A DNA stretch of 64,000 nt, from positions 128,154,001-128,218,000 of the forward strand of contig OZ024745.1 in NCBI GenBank assembly GCA_964016885.1. Reading direction: 5' to 3'. The position numbers and the translations under genes are program-made. The notes under the pieces are model-generated. The model saw only the letters and a program-made list of their open reading frames with translations, was not told the origin of the DNA and searched no databases. Positions 13,786-25,759 of the stretch are shown piece after piece; positions within the stretch are counted from its first letter, which is position 1, and each line of letters opens with the position of its first letter. The DNA is from Eledone cirrhosa (lineage: Eukaryota).

Positions 13786-13934
13786 AATATGGTTTTATAA
13801 ATATACTTTCCATTTATTTAATATCGTAAATATACTCCAAATACTTGTTGAGTGCTTTTATATCAGTTATAAATATTTACTCGTTGTAACCCAACAATTT
13901 AAATAAAACTTTGCATATATATATATATATGAAC

Positions 13935-14036
13935 ATGTTTGATCCCGACCGCAGAGCTCAAGCCGTTTCGACGGCTATTTCTGGACTCAGAAATAGCCGT
14001 CGAATCGGCTTGAGCTCTGCCGTTGGGGTCAAACAT
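13935..14036. repeat. Family-C fold-back palindrome
   Basis: ...agccgtttcgacggctatttctg-gact-cagaaatagccgtcgaatcggct..., symmetric about ~13985. Confidence 0.9.
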
Positions 14037-14147
14037 TTTCCTATTACCCACTCTACTACCCTAAGTATTGAGTACTTTGGTGCGTTATGGTCCATCTGAT
14101 TCCTTACCCTACCTCCTTCGTTATATATATATATGTATATATATATG

Positions 14148-14179
<32 letters not shown>

Positions 14180-14864
14180 AATATAAATACAAATATAAAT
14201 ACAAATATATATATAAACATATCAAATAAGTATGTTTTGAAAGAGTGGGGATGTCACAGGGGGACAATATCAGTAAGAACATTACAATGGCTTATGTAGG
14301 AGACGCAGCCCCGTAGTGTAGGACAAAATGGATTAATGTATTTGAGGATTTTGGTGAAATGAAAAACAAATTCAACTCCACCGAGATTTGGTCACAAATA
14401 ATAGGGGGGTGGAATAAGCGTTGGGGGCGGCTGGGTGGAGGGAGGGCAATTTTTCTAGGTTGTCTCCGTAGTTTACATATTCAGACCCCAACCCATACTA
14501 TTTGTTTTATAACGTAGGGATTTTAAGTTATACACCTTTTGTCAAGTATAATTATGTTTAATGCCTGAAGAAAATTAATTATCGCAGGAATGTTACCATT
14601 TAAAATAAAATTTCGCCGGCTATAGATTAGCAAAATTTAATAAGCGGGGGGGGGGGGGGGGAGACGATGTCGAATTACATGAACGTACAGGTGTTCACGT
14701 ATATTATCAAACCGATCGGTCATTAACGATTATTCGAGAGCCGAGAGTAGCTGCTGGACAGAAAGAAAACAAGTAAAACTACAGCCTGAAGAAATTAGGA
14801 CAGGTTTGATTCAACGGAAACAAAAACAGTAGATTTCGTGCATCTTCTCATTCTGAAACACCAA

Positions 14865-15010
14865 TAATGGTTTCTTATATAGGCACAAGTCCAGCAATTT
14901 GAGGGGAGGGGAAAGTCGATTAAATCGACCTCAGTGCGTGACTGCTACCATATTTTATCGACCCCGTAAGATCATAAAGGGCCGTAACTCTATGCTGCCA
15001 AACGACCGCC
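14865..15010 (-). mobile_element. Internally deleted family-1 SINE
   Basis: aggcacaagtccagcaattt...tttatcgaccccgtaag...aaagggccgtaactcta. Confidence 0.75.
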
Positions 15011-15127
15011 TTTAAAACACCGATAATCATAACCGCACATACCTTACTTGAGATGGACAGATCTCACTTATTTCGACCCACGGTTCCTGAAAATATAATT
15101 TGTGATTTTATTAATTGATGCATTGAG

Positions 15128-15346
15128 GGCGGTGGATTGGCAGTATCGGTAGAGGGTCGGACGCTAAGCTTTGCAGGATGGAGTTACGGCCCTTTACGAT
15201 CTGAGTTCAAATCCCGCCGAGGTTAACTTTGCCTTTCATTTTTACGGGGTCGATAAAATAAAGCACCAGTAACGTACTGGGTCAATTTAATTGACTTTCC
15301 CCTCTCCTGAATTTACTGGCCTTCTGCCTATAATAGAAATCATTCA
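15128..15346 (+). mobile_element. Full-length family-1 SINE with TSD
   Basis: A and B boxes present. Flanked by direct repeats attgatgcatt. Confidence 0.9.
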
Positions 15347-16024
15347 TTGATGCATTAATTTACGTTTGTCTCTCTACCTCTACCGCTTTTGCTATTACAA
15401 CGCACCAATACCAGTAATATATTGACTTTCGTTGCTATCACCATAACTTATAAACAAAAGATTTGGTTTTATGCCAAGACAAAAAGAAATTACTTATTAC
15501 TCTTAATAACGAAAATTTCCTCTGCATATTGCCCACAAAACCAAAGAACGAAAAATAAAAATCAGAAAAGAAAATTAGAAATATATTATAAGAAAAACAA
15601 CACATAAAACATTAAAGAAATCTCGTTACTACAGCACAATATGGCCGCCATCATAGCGTGGGTTCATTAAGTACACTTCTGTCATATCGTGTCGGGTGCT
15701 TCTGTGAAGTGGATGATGGGTTCAACTGACGACAGCGTTGCTATGATAAACAAAATACCTCAACAGATATAATTTATGTGTGTACATAGACGCACCACAC
15801 TCACATACAGATGCATAGACATGTATTAGTTTATGTTTGCATGCATCTGTGTGTGCACACACATGCACGCACACACATGCACACACACACGCACGCACAT
15901 ATATATATATATATATATATACTTATATACATATATATATATACATATATATATATATACATATATATATATACATATATATACATATATATACATATAT
16001 ACATACATATATACATATATATAC

Positions 16025-16097
<73 letters not shown>

Positions 16098-17374
16098 CAT
16101 ATAAGTATACATATATATATATATATACATATACATATAAGTATACATATATATATATATATATATAATAGAGATTGATGTATTATCTGGCAGTGGTAAA
16201 TGGCATCTACACCACCAACAACAACATTACTAAAACCACCATTAACCGTATGTTTCCATGTAGATATTCCCTTGCTATCAACACTATCCACCACCAACTT
16301 CCTTCAGAATGCTTATAGGAATGGAAATATATGGGTGTAAGTGTGAGGGAAGGAAATCATATAGGTGTGTATTGGTGCGCTGCATTTCTCTATATCATTA
16401 ATATAATGTACCTATCCTCAAAACTGTATCTAACAAAGAATTCAATCAGCTTGACGCTTGAAGTTAGCGCTAGATGCTGCTTTGAGAATATGTTTATGTA
16501 TTTTTTAGAAAGCTTCATCCTTTCAGCTCTGGTCGTGTTAGAGGATTACAAATGTCTGCACTTGATATCTCCAGGCAACACACTTTAATATGCATACATC
16601 ACAAATAAAAAGATCATTATAGAATGCAGCATTGCAGAAACAAATATAATTTTAAAGCCTTGGTTCCTATTTCATACCTTTCAATATATCTCCAGCGGGT
16701 CGTCTCACGTTTGACGGAGAAGTATTGTTTCGCATAGGGCATACCAAATTGTGGTTTTTAAATACATGAGAGTATCGCCTTTACTGCCAGGGCCCGATAT
16801 TTTCTGTTCTTCCACTTCTTTCGTCCTTTCTCTCCCATTCCAATCATTTCTCTTCCCCCTTCTACTTGCTGCTCCTGCTGTCACTTCTGTTTCATGGCAG
16901 TTCATACCCCTAAAAGCTGTTGATGTTATTTCTAGCAGCAGCCTGATATCCATAGGATACACTTTACTTCGCTCTCTGACCAGTCTTCCTACTTATCCGA
17001 TCTGTTTATCACACACACACATCACACCAGTACAAAGATTTTATTATTTCTGCTGCACGATCCAGCATTTTCAAAATGTGCAAAAAAAAAACTTTGCTCG
17101 TTTGAGAGCTGATGAGGGTGAAGATATGTGTGTGTGAACATGTTTTGTATATCGCCTTTCTTTATTTCCTTCTTCCAATGAAATCTATGCACCAACACAC
17201 TTCTTCTTGTACTCCTCCTCTCTCAATCTTTTCTATATTTCATCTGCCTGTCACCCACCATGTGGATTGTTTCTCAGTCGACCCTCTGTCCTCTGAGGTA
17301 TTTTAGCTCATCACTATCATTGGCAGCATTTGGCTTTTTAACAGCTCTTCTAGCGTTATATATATAAAATATAT

Positions 17375-17732
17375 CTCGGACGGGTAAAATTCCCGAGATC
17401 CATGGACGAGTTCTCTCCAACGGTCTGTGTCCCTCATTATCGCTGCCATGTCCTGCGTCTCCAACAGACCAGTGTCTGTCCTTAGGGCATCAACATACGT
17501 TAACCTCGGTCTTCCTCTTCCAGTATGTCCATGCAGGAGCTCCCACAGGATCACTGAGTGCAGTGTCAACTCTGGATGTTGGTGAGCATGTCCAGCTAAC
17601 CTCAGTCTCCTCTGTGTCACTTTTGAGCTGACTTTTGGGAGGCTCTCGTACAGCTCTGAGTTCTTCATCCTCAGTGTATACTGATTAATGTTCAGCGCCA
17701 TCCTCAGCATTCTCGTGTAGCAACCATCCACT
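17375..17732 (-). mobile_element. RTE-clade LINE 3' coding fragment
   Basis: DGCYTRMLRMALNI...RRLRLAGH...LWE...GRGRPRLTYVD.L..DTG...MRDTDRWR matches the C-terminal region of RTE-type ORFs. Confidence 0.88.
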
Positions 17733-17929
17733 ATATGTATGTGTGCGTGGGTATCTCTCTGTGTGTGAGTCTCTCTCTCTCTCTGTCTATGTATATGTGT
17801 GTGCGTGTGTGTGTTTGCGTGTGCGTTTGTGCTTGATACATGTGTATCCCAAAGCAAATAACCATATTAATAGACTATCACTATAAAGTTTAATTAAGAA
17901 AATCGGGTAAGTTAGCCCTGAGTATATGT

Positions 17930-18008
<79 letters not shown>

Positions 18009-18047
18009 TATGTATGTATGTACATATATATGTATGTACATATGTAT

Positions 18048-18345
18048 GTGTGAAGGACCCTAGCCTTTGTCAAGGCATTATTCTAGGAGAAGGAAACTCA
18101 GGAACCTGGGATACCTCCGAAATAAAACCTGCGGCTCAGTAGTTACCGATGATGTTGATCTTTTCTTCTTTTCGGGTTATAGCTACTGTCGCTCAGAGAG
18201 TGGGATTGGCTCAGTGCACAGTCTTTCCTCACTTTAAAAAATATCTTCACGCAGGGGCATTGCACGATAGAATTAATTAACAATTATTAATAATGGTATA
18301 TAGTGCAATGGCCATAGTCGATAACGAGGGGGAAGCCATCATCAT
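18048..18345 (+). mobile_element. Short non-autonomous RTE-type derivative
   Basis: RTE 5'UTR-like ctaggagaaggaaactc motif. Highly similar copy at 52421-52717. Confidence 0.7.
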
Positions 18346-18803
18346 GTGTGTGTGTATATTTGTGTATATATGTATGTATGTATATATATATGTGTATGCA
18401 TTATGTATGCATGTGTGTATGCAGATGTTTGTGATTGTGTGTATGTTTACATCTATGTATGTGATTTCATACAGAAGGTAAATGAAGTAAGTCTTTACCT
18501 AGTAGTGGGCAAATCATGACAGATTTGATTCATTAATACACATACAGGCTTACATACACGTATTCATACATAAATACATATGTACATACAAACATACTAC
18601 ATACATACACACAAACATGCATACATATACATACACACAAATATGTACACATATATACATACATAAATACATACATATGTACATATATATATATATATAT
18701 ACACAAATACTATATCAAGCATTAAATATATCATTGTAATTTTTTTTTCTAGAGCTATTTTCCGTTATCTTTCATACACACACACAGACTCACAGACCCC
18801 ACC

Positions 18804-18900
<97 letters not shown>

Positions 18901-19068
18901 TATATATATATTGGAATAAATGCTCTGAAATAGCGATATATATGTGAATATAGACATAGAATATTCGAAAATATTCTGTATGTTTATAATAAACATTTTG
19001 AAGACCTAATCGCTATAGAATAGAATACGTCACGTATTACAATTAGATTCTCGATAAAAGCAAGGGAA

Positions 19069-19111
19069 GTAATCTACGCGTTTCATTCTTGTTAGAAATC
19101 ATCAGGACTAC
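19069..19111 (-). ncRNA. Minimal type-I hammerhead ribozyme (310-bp unit, copy 1)
   Basis: Reverse complement of 19791-19833. Confidence 0.85.
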
Positions 19112-19378
19112 ATATCCAGTGCTTTTATCGAGAATGACACAGCTAGAGACTTATAGAATACTTAGCTGTGTACAGGAACTGGTTTGAAAGAGCGGTTGCC
19201 GGTCCGGCAGAAATTAGAAATTGGAATAAATGCTCTGAAATAGCGATATATATGTGAATATAGACATAGAATATTCGAAAATATTCTGTATGTTTATAAT
19301 AAACATTTTGAAGACCTAATCGCTATAGAATAGAATACGTCACGTATTACAATTAGATTCTCGATAAAAGCAAGGGAA

Positions 19379-19421
19379 GTAATCTACGCGTTTCATTCTT
19401 GTTAGAAATCATCAGGACTAC
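19379..19421 (-). ncRNA. Minimal type-I hammerhead ribozyme (310-bp unit, copy 2)
   Basis: Reverse complement of 19791-19833. Confidence 0.85.
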
Positions 19422-19790
19422 ATATCCAGTGCTTTTATCGAGAATGACACAGCTAGAGACTTATAGAATACTTAGCTGTGTACAGGAACTGGTTTGAAAG
19501 AGCGGTTGCCGGTCCGGCAGAAATTAGAATGCTTTTATCGAGAATCTAATTGTAATACGTGACGTATTCTATTCTATAGCGATTAGGTCTTCAAAATGTT
19601 TATTATAAACATACAGAATATTTTCGAATATTCTATGTCTATATTCACATATATATCGCTATTTCAGAGCATTTATTCCAATTTCTAATTTCTGCCGGAC
19701 CGGCAACCGCTCTTTCAAACCAGTTCCTGTACACAGCTAAGTATTCTATAAGTCTCTAGCTGTGTCATTCTCGATAAAAGCACTGGATAT

Positions 19791-19833
19791 GTAGTCCTGA
19801 TGATTTCTAACAAGAATGAAACGCGTAGATTAC
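19791..19833 (+). ncRNA. Minimal type-I hammerhead ribozyme (310-bp unit, copy 3)
   Basis: guaguc-CUGAUGA-uuucu(aaca)agaau-GAAA-CGCG-UA^gauuac. Stem I is extended by the perfect 16-bp pair auucucgauaaaagca/ugcuuuuaucgagaau. Confidence 0.88.
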
Positions 19834-20100
19834 TTCCCTTGCTTTTATCGAGAATCTAATTGTAATACGTGACGTATTCTATTCTATAGCGATTAGGTCT
19901 TCAAAATGTTTATTATAAACATACAGAATATTTTCGAATATTCTATGTCTATATTCACATATATATCGCTATTTCAGAGCATTTATTCCAATTTCTAATT
20001 TCTGCCGGACCGGCAACCGCTCTTTCAAACCAGTTCCTGTACACAGCTAAGTATTCTATAAGTCTCTAGCTGTGTCATTCTCGATAAAAGCACTGGATAT

Positions 20101-20143
20101 GTAGTCCTGATGATTTCTAACAAGAATGAAACGTGTAGATTAC
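20101..20143 (+). ncRNA. Minimal type-I hammerhead ribozyme (310-bp unit, copy 4, CGUG variant)
   Basis: Same as copy 3 except that stem III is CGUG. Confidence 0.8.
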
Positions 20144-20305
20144 TTCCCTTGCTTTTATCGAGAATCTAATTGTAATACGTGACGTATTCTATTCTATAGC
20201 GATTAGGTCTTCAAAATGTTTATTATAAACATACAGAATATTTTCGAATATTCTATGTCTATATTCATATATATATATATTTATATATATATACATATAT
20301 ATATA

Positions 20306-20378
<73 letters not shown>

Positions 20379-20737
20379 TCTATTTTCTCCTAGTTTATTT
20401 TACACCTAATTCTGTTTAGTTGACTGTATCTGGGCGATTACGCTGTCGAAATATTCGATAAATATTCCGTTGCGGCCGATGCGCAGCCCTAGTTTCGGTT
20501 ATTTGTTGGAGATTTCTTCAGAGAAGCCTCATTCTTATAGCCTGGTCTATTCGATTTTTTATATAGTTAATTATGGTAATTGGGTGAGGAAATGGTATAT
20601 ATTTTATCTTGTGATTCTATAGACATGTTTTATGATATATGTATATATATGTATATATATATTTATTTATTTATATATATATGAATATATGTATATATAT
20701 ATGTATGTATATATATATTTATATATATATATATGTA

Positions 20738-20821
<84 letters not shown>

Positions 20822-20887
20822 TGTATATATATAAATTTATTTATTTATTTATATATATATATGAATATATGTATATATATATACGTG

Positions 20888-20960
<73 letters not shown>

Positions 20961-20970
<10 letters not shown>

Positions 20971-21268
20971 GCTTTAGGGGGGGTCATGTTGCCAATAAGA
21001 AACACACGCACCAGTTGGTTTCACTTCAATTTATTATAAATTAAGTTTATAAATTCAGGAATTTCCCCAGTCACTGAAGAGGTCACAGAATTTGTGACGA
21101 AAGAACTTTGACAATATATGAACAATCGTCTGGTTGTGGAACCAACCAGGCAACCGGAAATTTATAAATTCCTAAATTTATTAATTTAATTTATAATAAA
21201 TTGAAGTGAAATCAACTGGTGCGTGTGTTTCTTATTGGCAACATGACCCTCCCAAAGCATAACAATAT
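20961..21268. repeat. Inverted repeat (~100-bp arms) enclosing a hammerhead
   Basis: ggtcatgttgccaataagaaacacacgcaccagttg / caactggtgcgtgtgtttcttattggcaacatgacc. Confidence 0.9.
21070..21112 (+). ncRNA. Hammerhead ribozyme-like motif
   Basis: guca-CUGAAGA-g-gucaca(gaauu)ugugac-GAAA-GAAC-UU^ugac. One extra G, and the stem III palindrome is imperfect. Confidence 0.6.
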
Positions 21269-21322
21269 CGGTTTCAACACACGTTTTCAGATAAAGAATC
21301 TTGCTAAACAAATTCAGAAACG

Positions 21323-21417
<95 letters not shown>

Positions 21418-22318
21418 TATACATATATATACATATATATATATAGGAATGTGAAAAAAGAAAGATTGGGAATTTAACTACTCATCATTGGCCACTTTAA
21501 CTAGGTCAATTTTCATGCGTTAATGGAGTAAGTAAATCCTATTCTAGGTGTTTTGTTCTGTAATCAATTCATCTTTTCTTGTACATATATGTAAATAGAT
21601 CTGTCAATAAAGCTAGATATATAGGTAAATAACAATCCTTTTATTTTTTTCATTTCCATTCATTTTTTTTTTTATTGTATATTCCAATCATCTCGTAAAA
21701 TAGCTATCTACATTTCTCATCATTACTTTCTATAATATCAACAAACTGTATCTAATTGCCCATCACAGAGGCAATAATTTTATATCAATTTTAGAATATT
21801 ACGAGCTACATATTTTCTGTATATATTTTAATATATCTTTCTTATTATTCTATTCTGTGTTTGTTACTTTAATGACATTCATTTGTCTTTAAGTGTTTTC
21901 AAATGGACTACATAATATATGCTGTAGCCGTGACATAGTTAAATTCTTCTACTCAAACGTAAACAAAAGCACTTTGGAATAACTGTTATATATTTCAAGA
22001 ATCATGTGCATTATTTCAATTGTGTTTTGGTCAGAGTATTCACTTAATTTTCACCGATAATACTACTGTAATAATTTTTTTTCATATAACTATTATTTAT
22101 TTTATTTGTTATATACTTAGAAAAATTAATAAAAATTTATGTTTTTATAAAAATAAACTAAATATAAATGGTGACTAAGCTAGTTATATGTAAACTAACT
22201 AACAATGTGGATAAGTACTTGTAAATTTGATAAGAAATTTCAAATGAAGTCATAATTTAAATAGCTGGTCAAGTTTTAGAAAAGTACATCTATTTAGAAA
22301 GAATAGCATATAGATTCA

Positions 22319-22375
<57 letters not shown>

Positions 22376-22480
22376 CACATACATATGTAGATAAATCTAC
22401 CAAAAGTTTACGGTAGTGTCCAAGTATTGTTTTTCCATTGTGATATGGATAATGGACAGAATATATGTATATATATATAT

Positions 22481-22703
<223 letters not shown>

Positions 22704-22704
22704 C

Positions 22705-22887
22705 AGAAGCTTTCGCCGTGTTTTTGACTGAAGAAATTTTAACCTGATAGTGGGGTTTAGAACCCTCTAAGAAATGGAAAAATATGAGCATTGACGTCAA
22801 TACTCATCTTTTTCCATTTCTTAGAGGATTCCTAAACGCCACTTTCAGGTTAAAATTTCTTTAGTAAAAAATACGGCGAAGGCTTCT
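22705..22887. repeat. ~183-bp imperfect palindrome (MITE-like or fold-back)
   Basis: Symmetric about ttgacgtcaa (22791-22800), with no spacer. Confidence 0.9.
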
Positions 22888-22939
22888 ATTTCTAATTTCG
22901 AATTCGCTCTCAGTTTTAAAAAAATTACTTGATATATAT

Positions 22940-23122
22940 ATAACGAAGTAAGTGTGGTAAGGAACCAGATGGACCATAAAGCACCAGAGTACTCAATACT
23001 TAGGGTAGTAGAGTGGGTAATAGGAAAAGGTTTTAACCCCGACGACAGAGCTCAAGCCGTTTCGACGGCTATTTCAGAAATAGCCGTCGAAACGGCTTGA
23101 GCTCTGCCGTCCGGGTTAAAAC
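22940..23122. mobile_element. Family-C copy ending in a fold-back palindrome (23030-23122)
   Basis: gccgtttcgacggctatttc-a-gaaatagccgtcgaaacggc. Confidence 0.85.
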
Positions 23123-23632
23123 ATATACATATATATATACGTGTGTGTGCTTGTGTGTGTGTGTATTTGTGTGTGTATATAAATATATATATATATATAT
23201 AAGTAGAAGAGATATTTAATTTGTTGGAAATCCAACAAATATAGATGTTTATAACTGATTCAGAGCACTCGACAAGTTTCTGGAGTAAGTATTCAATGCT
23301 ATTAATGTAATAAGATAAAAATACTTACAACCATAAGTCTTCATATAATATATATACAATATTATAACTCATAATATTGGTAACAAATTTTTCCCCAAAA
23401 TTAACGTTATTCCTCTCTCTTTCTCTTTCTCTTCCTTCCCTATCATAAATATTTAAATTTTCCATAGCGTCTAAAATAACGTTTTTTCTGCCCTTTAATA
23501 TAAACCTCATTTGCATACTTATATTAATAATTTTAAATATCTGTTTTCTCTCTTCCCTTCACTTTCCAGGGATAACTTGAACCGTTAAGGTATTTTACCC
23601 TTGGTCATGTCAAATATTTATAAAACATTTTG

Positions 23633-23694
23633 TATTTTATCTGATGATAGCGTACCAACATTTTTGGTACCCTTGAAATATATATAATAGAATA
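23633..23694 (+). ncRNA. Minimal type-I hammerhead ribozyme, family A
   Basis: uauuuuau-CUGAUGA-uagc guacca(acauuuu)ugguac ccuu-GAAA-UAUAUA-UA^auagaaua. Confidence 0.75.
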
Positions 23695-24152
23695 AATATG
23701 GTTTTATAAATATAGTTTCCATTTATTTAATATCATTGTATATGTATATATATTTATATATATATATGTGTCTTTGTGTGTGTGTATCAGATTATTATGA
23801 ACAAATGTACTTAGATAATGCTTATTACTATATCCAGTTCCACTTACTCTAATATTTATTCTATATATCAAATGATACATCAGCACGTCACATCTTTCCA
23901 TATCTCTCTTCGTTTACAATTTTAATCTAATTCAAAATAATCCAATTTGTTTCAAGTATTTTTGATTGACTCATTGATGGATAAAAGCTGTGATTTAGTT
24001 AAGGAATTGCATGTATAGAACAATTTGGCTGGGGGTAAATACATTTGTTCATAATAATCTGATACACACACACAAACACACACATATATATAAATATATA
24101 TACATATACAATGATATTAAATAAATGGAAACTATAGTTATAAAACCATATT

Positions 24153-24214
24153 TATTCTATTATATATATTTCAAGGGTACCAAAAATGTTGGTACGCTAT
24201 CATCAGATAAAATA
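24153..24214 (-). ncRNA. Minimal type-I hammerhead ribozyme, family A
   Basis: Reverse complement of 23633-23694. Confidence 0.75.
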
Positions 24215-24320
24215 CAAAATGTTTTATAAATATTTGACATGACCAAGGATAAAATACCTTAATATATAATAGAATAAATATGGTTTCATAAATATAGTTT
24301 CCATTTATTTAATATCATTG

Positions 24321-24399
<79 letters not shown>

Positions 24400-25686
24400 T
24401 TGTGTGTGTGTATCAGATTATTATGAACAAATGTACTTAGATAATGCTTATTACTATATCCAGTTCCACTTACTCTAATATTTATTCTATATATCAAATG
24501 ATACATCAGCACGTCACATCTTTCCATATCTCTCTTCATTTACAATTTTAATCTAATTCAAAATAATCCAATTTGTTTCAAGTATTTTTGATTGACTCAT
24601 TGATGGATAAAAGCTGTGATTTAGTTAAGGAATTGCATGTATAGAACAATTTAGCTGGGGGGGTAAATAGCACAGCGGAGCCTTCTGCATAATAAATAAA
24701 CTTATGTAGGGTCTCTTATATCTAATATATTAGGTTATAAAAATTCGATTATTCTTTATAGTTTTTAGACAAAATCTCTACAGGTGTTTAAAATCTAAAA
24801 GCTACAACTTAAGGTGAAAACTGAATCTTTTGTGAACAAAGATAATGCAGATAAAAATATCTTGTATTTGAAGCAAACTTGTGAAATCGACGAACATGCT
24901 TCGACAATATTAAACATTTTCCGCAAAGCATAATCTACTTAGTTGACTTAGAAGTGACAATTATATTTATGAATAGATTGATTGCCGTGTCACCAGTTCT
25001 AAATATTTGCAGTAAAACGAAAGTATCTTAGGAAAGTATCCTACGTACAAAACTTGTACACGGTACAGCCTCATAAATGTCAAGTAATGAGTGGAAAATC
25101 TTCAATGCAGTGACTTGACAAAATCTTTCTTTGTGGCTATTTATAATCTAAAAACAAATCAGGGAATGACAAGCTGGTGTAATATGTTTTCAACATTATA
25201 ACAATGTCCCAGGCAGTTTTAGCCCTGCTGAGATTTATCTGCCTTTGCTAGGGATGAGAGAAACTCAATGTTGATTGTCTCTTAGTATCTATATACTGTT
25301 GACATCCCTTTGAAGCAAGTTTCTAAATTGCCATTTTAGATCATATTAGGCAGTGGTCCATCCAATAATCATTGATTCCACTCAAGGTGTGATATTGTGT
25401 GGTACATGTGTTTGTACATGTGTTTGTGATTTGTTAGGTACATATCTTGGTGATTTCTTCATCCCTGTGTACATGCGAACCATTGAAGTAGCAGAGTGGT
25501 TAGAACGTCGAGTAGAATGCTTTCTGGTATGTGATCCGGCTACCTACGCTCTGAATTCAAATTTCACCTTTCGTCAAAGGTCAACTTTGCCTTTCGTCAT
25601 TTTGAGGTTGACAAGGAAAAAAAAAACATGCCAGACCAGTATTGGGGTTGATTCGATCTTTATGTCTCTTATTCAGTTCTTATCAA

Positions 25687-25759
<73 letters not shown>

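Larger units (their letters stand above)
13009..13828. repeat. Large inverted duplication (arms ~13009-13433 and 13482-13828), each arm with a family-A hammerhead
   Basis: The arms are near-perfect reverse complements apart from (CT)n length. The spacer contains a direct copy of acacttcaacttccatttaaaaagttgattt. Confidence 0.92.
18910..20270. mobile_element. Hammerhead-containing 310-bp tandem/inverted repeat (retrozyme-like or Penelope pLTR-like)
   Basis: Period 310 (ttggaataaa at 18911 and 19221). Two units at 18910-19529, then about 2.4 units in opposite orientation at 19530-20270. Bounded on both sides by (TA)n. Confidence 0.9.
23585..24669. repeat. Duplication / inverted copy / duplication rearrangement
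   Basis: ~23680-24041 is repeated directly at ~24262-24669. The intervening ~24040-24262 is the reverse complement of 23585-23809. Confidence 0.9.

Noticed and set aside
14725-14750. TIR-like end cgattattcgagagccgagagta
   Set aside because: No matching partner end found nearby.
20480-20530. Minus-strand CUGAAGA...GAAACUAG
   Set aside because: No stem II pairing and no UH after stem III.
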